From an uncultured archaeon (lineage in GTDB: Archaea > Asgardarchaeota > Thorarchaeia > Thorarchaeales > Thorarchaeaceae), in the NCBI GenBank assembly GCA_964610875.1, contig CAZSWP010000006.1:1-64000 (forward strand): 64,000 nucleotides of DNA. The letters run 5' to 3'. A program made the translations under genes and the position numbers. Of this stretch, positions 56,404-64,000 are shown in pieces. The notes under the pieces were generated by a model. The model saw nothing but the letters and a program-made list of their open reading frames with translations, was not told the origin of the DNA and searched no databases. Within the stretch, counting starts at the first letter, position 1; every line of letters starts with the position of its first letter.

Positions 56404-59061
56404 ATGGCTGATTTAACGCTCATGACAATATTAGTACAGTTTATTCCGTCAATTATTGTGATACTGGGATACCTCATTCTCTTTGGCAAGAGAAGGAATC
56501 GCTTTATTGAAGCCTTCATTTTGGTAATGGTTGTCCAAGCCGTCACCTTTTTCATCTACAACATTTTTGTAATTCCTTCGATAGTACCGAACTACTTCAG
56601 TGAAACAGTAGATACTGACGTGTTTATTGGTGTTCTATTTACTGATTTCATGTTCCAGTTTGGATATGCACTTCAAGGATTCTTCACATGGATAATGGTT
56701 TCATTCATAGCTGTTCTTTTTGGACAACTTGTCCTTTTGTTGAAACTTGCTTTGCAAGATCCACTGAAAATGAAATTCTCAAATCTGACCAAGAGAATTG
56801 TTGGGAAGGAACCTGAATCTGATGGTTACAGTGGTCTGGGAGATCGACTTCAAAACATCCGCTTTGAAGGTGTAGAACCTCATCCACTTGATCCTGAGGT
56901 TGTTAAGAAAGCATATAGTGAATCTTGGAAGGATTACCTTATCATTGGATTGGCAACACTACTTCCATCAATTGGTATCTATATGGGTAATTATGCTAAC
57001 TTGTACATATATGCAGTAGTCGTATTTGTTACATGGATTTACCGTTTTGGTTATCCTGCATCAAATCGTATTGCTAAAGGTGCTGGAATTACTCTTGGAG
57101 ATCGTGATCTTGGTAGTGAGATGATGCGTGGAGTTCTCGGATGGTTCTTCCGTCTTAACCTACTACTATCTCTTGTAACAATCGTATTTGATGTTATCAA
57201 TGCCATAGGAACAGGTACTCTCGCATCTTTGGGTGCCTACTACTTGGAAGGATTAGCACTTGCGTTTCCGCCAATTCTTCTGGTTATCATAGTATTTCCA
57301 ATAGCTGAGGACTTTTCAGTAATTTTATACAAGAGAGTCTTTGATGCAATTGCATCTGCTCGTTCAAAAATATCATTAACAGACTGGTCTGCAGTTTTAA
57401 CAAATGCGGTATCCGGAGTGTTAGTTGGTGGCATTGCATTAGCTGCTTTTCTAGGAGCAGTATTTGGAGCCACAGTTCATTATGCAAGGATGCACGGGCT
57501 TGGATTTCTATTTTATCCCAGTGAGATTGATGCTTTTGTGACAGGTGCCATAGTTTCTGCACCTACAAACTTTGAAATCATATCTCCGGTCATTTGGGAA
57601 TTATTGATGTTGATGATTCCGTTTGGAATGATGATACTACTAGGACTTCTAGGACATCTCATTCTAGATAGGACTAACGCTCGTCCACTTGGATTTGCTT
57701 TCTTCTCAGGTCTATTCCTTTCAGTTGTATCTTACTTCCTAATGCCTGGATTGGATTACACACTTGGTGGAAGGATTATTCCAGCAGAATACATGGGAAA
57801 TGTCTTCTACCGTATAGTACCACTTGTGATAGCTCCAACTGAACTCGACCTTTTGTTCCGATTGGCTGCTGAATTCATCATAAATGTGCCACTCAATATC
57901 TCAGTCGTCCTCTTCATACTCTATTACCTTAGATATAGAGATAGATGGCGAGAATCAACAGGTGAAGAGAAAGGACCACTGCTGAGTGTTCAATTCCGTG
58001 ATATCAAAGATGCAGTATTGCTCTTTGTTGGTGGTATCATCGCATCAATAGCTGGAATCCTGATCATTTCAGTAGTGCTGGATCCAGGATATCTATTCTC
58101 TTTGATATCTTCACTAATAATTGAGATTGGTGAGCCTAATGGACTTGAGTTGGTCTTCGCATATCAGGTGTCAATCTTTACAATCGTAGTTGAGCATAAT
58201 ATTATACGCACCTTATTGATGTTGATAGCTGGACCGCTGTTCTGGACGGTAGTTTTGTGGATGGTTGGTGTGAGGTCAAAAGAAGAAGCTAATGGAAATG
58301 TCGGTTGGTTCACGTTATTTCTCATTGTTGTAACAGGCATTGCGTCATATCTATGGACAATCAATGATATTGCCGCTGGTTTGATTGTGCCATCAACAAA
58401 TCCTTGGGCTGACCCATGGACTTTTTCAGCACATCTCGGGTACCGTGCAGCTATTCTCTATGGAATTTTATTTGGTGTGTACTTTTTGGCTATAATTGTT
58501 AACTATGTTAGCAAAGGTAGTGTGGGAGTATGGTGGTTACCACCAATTGCCACACTATTTGCCATCGAGTACTTTGTATATGATGACCAATTCACACTAA
58601 TTGCGCTAATCATTTTGCCAATGATTCTGGCTCTTGTATACTATCCTTTCAAAAAACCAGAAGAACAAGGTGATTTGCTTATCACATACATCAGATTCAG
58701 TCTGTTGTCTCTAGCGATAGCTGAAATCCTTTCAACAGCTCTCTGGGTTGCTGGAATTGCTACACTTGAATTCCTCTTTACTGGAAATATTATTCCATAT
58801 CTTGCACAGATTCTCCCTCATGCAATAATAGAAATACCTGCATTTCTGTTTGCTGCAGCCGCATCCTTCAGGATTGCAAGAGACCTCGAACCTACCATAA
58901 TTGCAGAAGATTGGAGTGAGGTGCCAAACAAAACGAAAGAGATTCTAACAGACTCACGAATGTGGCGAACATATTTACTGGTGATGTTCTTCCTAGTGAT
59001 AGCAGCACTTATTGAAGAAAACATTTCCTGGATAATATTCCAATATGTAACGCAACCATAG
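56404..59061 (+). CDS. Very large polytopic membrane protein with C-terminal SpoIIM/DUF95 domain
   Basis: Roughly 20 hydrophobic segments; ILPHAIIEIPA and IAALIEE at the C-terminus. Confidence 0.8.
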   Translation: MADLTLMTILVQFIPSIIVILGYLILFGKRRNRFIEAFILVMVVQAVTFFIYNIFVIPSIVPNYFSETVDTDVFIGVLFTDFMFQFGYALQGFFTWIMVSFIAVLFGQLVLLLKLALQDPLKMKFSNLTKRIVGKEPESDGYSGLGDRLQNIRFEGVEPHPLDPEVVKKAYSESWKDYLIIGLATLLPSIGIYMGNYANLYIYAVVVFVTWIYRFGYPASNRIAKGAGITLGDRDLGSEMMRGVLGWFFRLNLLLSLVTIVFDVINAIGTGTLASLGAYYLEGLALAFPPILLVIIVFPIAEDFSVILYKRVFDAIASARSKISLTDWSAVLTNAVSGVLVGGIALAAFLGAVFGATVHYARMHGLGFLFYPSEIDAFVTGAIVSAPTNFEIISPVIWELLMLMIPFGMMILLGLLGHLILDRTNARPLGFAFFSGLFLSVVSYFLMPGLDYTLGGRIIPAEYMGNVFYRIVPLVIAPTELDLLFRLAAEFIINVPLNISVVLFILYYLRYRDRWRESTGEEKGPLLSVQFRDIKDAVLLFVGGIIASIAGILIISVVLDPGYLFSLISSLIIEIGEPNGLELVFAYQVSIFTIVVEHNIIRTLLMLIAGPLFWTVVLWMVGVRSKEEANGNVGWFTLFLIVVTGIASYLWTINDIAAGLIVPSTNPWADPWTFSAHLGYRAAILYGILFGVYFLAIIVNYVSKGSVGVWWLPPIATLFAIEYFVYDDQFTLIALIILPMILALVYYPFKKPEEQGDLLITYIRFSLLSLAIAEILSTALWVAGIATLEFLFTGNIIPYLAQILPHAIIEIPAFLFAAAASFRIARDLEPTIIAEDWSEVPNKTKEILTDSRMWRTYLLVMFFLVIAALIEENISWIIFQYVTQP

Positions 59062-59073
59062 ACGTATACTTCT

Positions 59074-59097
59074 AAGCGACGCATCCAAGCGTCGCTT
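59074..59097. terminator. 9-bp perfect GC-rich hairpin between convergent genes
   Basis: AAGCGACGC-ATCCAA-GCGTCGCTT followed by a T-rich tract on +. Confidence 0.7.
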
Positions 59098-59148
59098 CCT
59101 TTCTATTTTTGTACCTGTTCTAATACATCTTGTTTCAAATATGGATAC

Positions 59149-62100
59149 TTATTCTTCTGTTATTTTATCTTCATGATGATTTTCTTTTATCGTTGCGCCC
59201 TCTTCTGACAACAGTTTTGATTTTTCAGTGTCAATTTCATCATGAGTACTTACTCTCATTGCCGAAAATTTCCTCACAATTCGTGAAGACGCGAATGGTA
59301 TCAGTACAAGAAAAACAACAGGTATCAGAACAATTGCGGCCATTGAGTAGTTCTTGAGAAACTCAAGTTGCATGATTGTAGTAGCTCCAAGGATGAGTAA
59401 GAACATTAAGAACTTGATTCGAATTGAAGAACCAGTTCTACCTATCAAGAGTGCCTGCTCCTCATCAACAACATGTTTCGGCGTACCAGCTGCTATCATA
59501 TCATCGATTCTTCCCAATCCTTTCCTAATCTCTCGATAGAAGCTGACTACAACCACCACTATACTAGTGAAATATGTGGCTAGAACGGTAGCAAGTATTG
59601 GCGGGAAGCTTAGTTCACCAACGACTACGTGTGGGATCTCAATGATCCATCGTTGAAACATCTCATGAAAACCACCATAGAAGAATATGATGTAAACAAT
59701 GAATGGTACTAATATAAGATGCCACACACCAAGTACAATCCTTCGTTTACTTAACTGACCTTGGAGAAGGATTGAAGAGTAAGCATCTCGATAAAGCCAA
59801 AGCCCATAGAGAAGAACAGAGCATCCAAGCAGAATGATGCCCTCGATTAACGCAAATCCTATCTCTCCTACTGTAAATAACCACCAAGAGTGGAGGAACA
59901 ACAACCCCGTGCTAGCAACTATTACAGCATAGATTCTATCCAATTGAGTGATACTACTAGTGACTTCCTCTGTCTTTCTAGATGAAGTTGTGACAACGGA
60001 TGACACTTTGACAAAAAGTATCATTCCAATTATACTCAAGAGGAGTGCGAAACTGGCAGCTAGTGATAGTTGACTAACAGATAGTGCTTCCATTCCTGGT
60101 ACGAATACTTCCACAAATACCACTTCACTACTATACCTTGGTACAGAAAGCATCCCATCTATACTGACCAAGAGGTTATAGTACCCATGGTGAGTGTTTC
60201 CTACTTGAAATGTGACAGAATAAGTTCCTCTGACTGAGGTTTCTTCTGCTTTCTTATTCATATATACGAATTCGATCATTACCAACAGGTCTGTCACAGG
60301 ATTTTCATATAGGTCAGTAACTTCAACAATGACAACCAAGTCTGAATATTGCTCTGGCACAACAGGTGAGGTTCTGATAATGATAACCGGGTCTGCTATT
60401 ACTGCAAGATTACCATCTTGTTTTGTTTCATGTAGAAATTCGTGATTGATTGTGATGTAGTAAGGATGAAATCCATATGGCCAACCAATAGTAGAGATAT
60501 TCGTACGATACAGGCTACCGGTAATATATTCAAGTGTATAGGTTGACCCTCGTATCAATACAGAAACAGATGCAGCCATAATATCTGTACTCAACCAATC
60601 TTTTACATGGACCTCCAAAGTAGTTTCATTCCCCTGCCCTACACTCCATTCCTCCGATGGAATTACAGCTAGTATTGGTGCTGACATAACCTTAATGTCA
60701 CAAACCATTTTTCCTGAATAGCTGTAATCGGACCCATAATAGACTATGAAGTTCCATTCACCTACGCAATAGGTTGCATTTAGTACGGCCGTATATCTTC
60801 CAATAGTTGATTGACTTGCGGTTATATTCTTACCATCGATTTCTAGAATGATCCAAGTGTCAGCTGGGGCTGAGCCATAATTATCACTTATGTATACAGT
60901 TACTGCGAACTCCTCCCCACCACCAACAGGGGGTAATTCTGGGACTTCAGAAAGAAGATTCCCCTTGGTCACGATTTGAACTTCTCCAAAGTCAAATCCT
61001 CGGATAAATTCATGTTCTACTGATATATCGAATGTATGGTTACCTATCTTGAAATTCGCGATAGTATCCAGCAAGTAGCATCCAGGGGATGACTCAGTCA
61101 GTGTGAGCTCGTAAATTCCACTGACCATCATAACCTGCGCGTTCTCAATCGGATTTCCAAATATGTCCGTGATGTTCAACCAACCATAGAACTGCTCATC
61201 TTGTTCAGTCAATGAAGGGATGTTTCTATCGAAACGGAGCTCATCTGTTTCAACTCTCAATTCTGTCGATTCAGAGGCTACAACGGAAGCGAAATCATGA
61301 ATCACAGTTGAGTTCACCAAGTATTCTCCGGGAATTAAGTCTATATTCGGAACCAATAGTCTATACTGCGTATTCACATATGTAGTAGCAAAATTGACAC
61401 CATTCATTGACACATTCACAATAGCATCTGGAACTCTGGTACCAAGGCTATCGGTGACTGTTACATTTACAGAGAGAGTACTATTCTGAAGAACAACATC
61501 TCTTGTATAGACTTCTACATCCAAGGGACTTCTAATAGTTAGTGCATTGTGATAATATTCTTCCCATGTGTCGTATAGGATGTGATTGACCTGTAGACTT
61601 AGATTGACAACTCCAATTGGCCAATTAACCGCGACCAGTGTTGAATAATTGTTCGCTTCGAAAATGAGGGCCTTGGTTTGGTTGATAATGGAGGTTCCTG
61701 AGAGATAATGTACTGTAAGATAGACCTTAGCATCACTAATGATTTCTGAGTAGATATTTGTAACATCAACATCAATCTCAAGTGAATCTCCCTGCAAAAG
61801 ATTCTCAGATGGCAAAGTCAAAGATGCATTCAGTCGACGAATCAGGTTGATATCACGAATGACTCCTATCTTTGTTATATCATTTTGAATAAGAGGATAG
61901 ACTACAATTTCCTCTCCATATCCAAGATCGACGTTGCCTAATTTTAGCGACCCATATCCTTTTCCTATTATCATTGTTCGTTCAATAGCCCCATCCAACG
62001 AGAATATTCTAAGAGTTTCATCTTCTTTAGTGAAAACAGCGAATTCATCTTCACTATCGCCATCGAAATCAACAATTACTGAGCTTAGGAACTCGGAATC

Positions 62101-64000
62101 ACTGATAGTGACCTCCCATTCAACAATAATCGGATTTGCAAGTGTGATACGAATAAGATTTCCTGTGAAATAATCGGGACTAATTATGTCATCTGTTCCA
62201 TCAGAATCAAAATCTTTGATTGTAGGCTGTACGAAAAATCTCCCAGGACAATAGAATAGTGTAGTTTCGTTAATTCTAGAAGTAGTTGCATCAAAAACAT
62301 GAAATCCACTTGAAACATTGTTGGGGGGATTCATGAAGTAAAAATAAAGTAAGAAATTCCGCGTCGATTCTGATTCATTACTGAAAGGATATACCGCCAC
62401 TGGAACAGTGAAGGCATACTCTGGTAAGGTTACACTATGAGTCGAAATAAGGGTCATTGATGTAACATTAATGATATCTATAGGTCCAGAGCTTGCGGAA
62501 ACACACGCTTCAGTTGACCTGCTATTCACTGTGTGCCCTAAACTCAACGAATAGAATTCTGCATTCTGCCCAGTCACATTTAAGCTTGACCAAGAGCCAT
62601 CTGCACTTAGTTTCAACATCTTTGCATAATTCTCAAATCGATGTTTGGATACGTACAAGAATTCGTCTATCCCATCATTATCACAGTCGAAGATTTGGAA
62701 AGACTCAGGTTTTGAGAAGTTTTCATAGGGACATTGTGATGAAAACCAAAAACTACCAGTAGAACCATGATACATTGAAACATTGGTCGTCAATGTAGTA
62801 GCATTATACAATACAATGATAGGATCAAGAATACTGTCTCCATCCATCATTCCTGTATAGATCCAGAAATCACTGAACGTACGATTTGCAACCAACCCCA
62901 AACACTGTTTTTCACCTCTAGCTGCGTATCTTTCCAACCAGATTTCATGTGGTGTTGAATCAAGTGTATAGATTACTTCACTTCCATCAGAAGCATTGCC
63001 AATGTCCATCAAATGGTGTTCGAACTGTGAATCTTGATTCTTTGAGTCTGACCAAATGAGATGTCCTGCAATCGTAAAGTTCAACGGATGTGTTTCGTTT
63101 CCTAAAGAACCAACATTCAGATAGGTGTCTTGAAAAACAAGATAATAGTCGTAGTATCCTTCTGACAACCCTACCAAGAATGCAAAATATTGTGTCCCTG
63201 CATTCTGAAGCTCATCAGTTGGTTGTACCCAATACTCACCTTCATGACGAAGATATATATCTGCTAGGATTATCGTTGTATTATCTTCCACTCCGACCTC
63301 GATTTCTATGAAGGGATCATGTATTGTCGGATGTGGTGGAGATAGAGGTTCTGGGCTGAGGACTGGAGCCTGAATATCACTAAGAATTATGTAAATGGTC
63401 TGGGATTGTACGACAATAATGTCATCTCTACCATTACCATTGACATCAAAAGTGCAGAGCTGTTCTAATTTGCTTGAAATTGTAGGTTCGTAGAAACCAA
63501 CTTCACCATCAACTCCTCTAAGGAAACCCGGGTTGTTACCGACAGCTGTCATCAGGGCAAAGTCAGTGAGATTGTCTGCATCTAAGAAGCCTGAATCACA
63601 CAGAAGTGTTGATGGGTCTGAGCCCATAGAACCTGCTGGAGAACCATAAACAACTTCTGATTGGCGGATAATGGAACCATTGGACCCATCTATAAAAACA
63701 GTATAATTGTCCATTTCAGGTATTACGAAAAGATCCTCCTGATTATCATGATTAAGGATTCCAGTTAGTACTTGGCTTCTTTCTGGAAGTCCTGTTGTAT
63801 TGAAAATAGCATTCATTGTATCTGGTAAAATAGTAGTGAGGTTCCCATCGAACATTAGTACAGCTAAGTCGTCCAATCCTGTTCCATAATCAAAAGTAGC
63901 TAGACCATATATCTCAGTGTGCATCATCTTGGTTCTCATTAGCGTTCCATTGCCTGCAACGATACTCAAATTTCCATCTTTTACGTTATTATAGATTCCC
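59149..64000 (-). CDS. Giant surface protein (5' end outside window): FG-GAP/VCBS repeats + Ig-like repeats + 7-TM C-terminal domain
   Basis: Frame is open to the window edge. DxDxDGxxD motifs, six VxVxDxxGxxIxxAxV-type repeats, seven C-terminal hydrophobic helices. Confidence 0.85.
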   Translation of the reverse strand, partial: GIYNNVKDGNLSIVAGNGTLMRTKMMHTEIYGLATFDYGTGLDDLAVLMFDGNLTTILPDTMNAIFNTTGLPERSQVLTGILNHDNQEDLFVIPEMDNYTVFIDGSNGSIIRQSEVVYGSPAGSMGSDPSTLLCDSGFLDADNLTDFALMTAVGNNPGFLRGVDGEVGFYEPTISSKLEQLCTFDVNGNGRDDIIVVQSQTIYIILSDIQAPVLSPEPLSPPHPTIHDPFIEIEVGVEDNTTIILADIYLRHEGEYWVQPTDELQNAGTQYFAFLVGLSEGYYDYYLVFQDTYLNVGSLGNETHPLNFTIAGHLIWSDSKNQDSQFEHHLMDIGNASDGSEVIYTLDSTPHEIWLERYAARGEKQCLGLVANRTFSDFWIYTGMMDGDSILDPIIVLYNATTLTTNVSMYHGSTGSFWFSSQCPYENFSKPESFQIFDCDNDGIDEFLYVSKHRFENYAKMLKLSADGSWSSLNVTGQNAEFYSLSLGHTVNSRSTEACVSASSGPIDIINVTSMTLISTHSVTLPEYAFTVPVAVYPFSNESESTRNFLLYFYFMNPPNNVSSGFHVFDATTSRINETTLFYCPGRFFVQPTIKDFDSDGTDDIISPDYFTGNLIRITLANPIIVEWEVTISDSEFLSSVIVDFDGDSEDEFAVFTKEDETLRIFSLDGAIERTMIIGKGYGSLKLGNVDLGYGEEIVVYPLIQNDITKIGVIRDINLIRRLNASLTLPSENLLQGDSLEIDVDVTNIYSEIISDAKVYLTVHYLSGTSIINQTKALIFEANNYSTLVAVNWPIGVVNLSLQVNHILYDTWEEYYHNALTIRSPLDVEVYTRDVVLQNSTLSVNVTVTDSLGTRVPDAIVNVSMNGVNFATTYVNTQYRLLVPNIDLIPGEYLVNSTVIHDFASVVASESTELRVETDELRFDRNIPSLTEQDEQFYGWLNITDIFGNPIENAQVMMVSGIYELTLTESSPGCYLLDTIANFKIGNHTFDISVEHEFIRGFDFGEVQIVTKGNLLSEVPELPPVGGGEEFAVTVYISDNYGSAPADTWIILEIDGKNITASQSTIGRYTAVLNATYCVGEWNFIVYYGSDYSYSGKMVCDIKVMSAPILAVIPSEEWSVGQGNETTLEVHVKDWLSTDIMAASVSVLIRGSTYTLEYITGSLYRTNISTIGWPYGFHPYYITINHEFLHETKQDGNLAVIADPVIIIRTSPVVPEQYSDLVVIVEVTDLYENPVTDLLVMIEFVYMNKKAEETSVRGTYSVTFQVGNTHHGYYNLLVSIDGMLSVPRYSSEVVFVEVFVPGMEALSVSQLSLAASFALLLSIIGMILFVKVSSVVTTSSRKTEEVTSSITQLDRIYAVIVASTGLLFLHSWWLFTVGEIGFALIEGIILLGCSVLLYGLWLYRDAYSSILLQGQLSKRRIVLGVWHLILVPFIVYIIFFYGGFHEMFQRWIIEIPHVVVGELSFPPILATVLATYFTSIVVVVVSFYREIRKGLGRIDDMIAAGTPKHVVDEEQALLIGRTGSSIRIKFLMFLLILGATTIMQLEFLKNYSMAAIVLIPVVFLVLIPFASSRIVRKFSAMRVSTHDEIDTEKSKLLSEEGATIKENHHEDKITEE

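Noticed and set aside
60035-60075. ASFALLL resembling the adhesion-GPCR Stachel/GPS sequence
   Set aside because: It lies within TM1, and the upstream Cys/Trp/His-Leu GPS residues are absent; probably coincidence.
1-64000. CRISPR arrays, tRNA/rRNA genes, and the many short antisense or overlapping ORFs in the track
   Set aside because: No regularly spaced direct repeats or cloverleaf/rRNA signatures seen in the short intergenic gaps. The small ORFs overlap well-supported genes and have no motifs.

Overview
Gene-dense archaeal chromosome segment. An Asgard archaeon, probably Thorarchaeia, is my inference from gene content and style, not a proven assignment. Metabolic and housekeeping content: a formylmethanofuran dehydrogenase/formyltransferase cluster (ftr-fwdD-fwdB-fwdA plus a divergent fwdC), peptide catabolism (M20 and M28 peptidases, an Opp/Dpp ABC transporter, MFS carriers), archaeal SAM synthetase, an ion-homeostasis operon, TrpRS, GlyRS, AlaX, class II HMG-CoA reductase, CoaD and ferritin. 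I saw no rRNA, tRNA, CRISPR array or intact mobile element. Most notable observations: (1) a >1600-aa surface protein, running off the window end, with FG-GAP-type propeller repeats and six Ig-like repeats fused to a 7-helix N-out/C-in membrane domain, i.e. an integrin-alpha-like ectodomain on an adhesion-GPCR-like topology; (2) a circularly permuted family-5 peptide-binding protein, partnered with an OppC carrying an extra membrane domain; (3) a CINP/C1orf109-like eukaryote-signature candidate; (4) two convergent alpha-SNAP-like TPR genes; (5) an AT-rich two-gene candidate archaeocin/immunity cassette beside a deletion-riddled UvrA-like pseudogene; (6) a palindromic operator between SAM synthetase and an HTH-CBS regulator. 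All family assignments come from motif recognition by eye; no searches were run.
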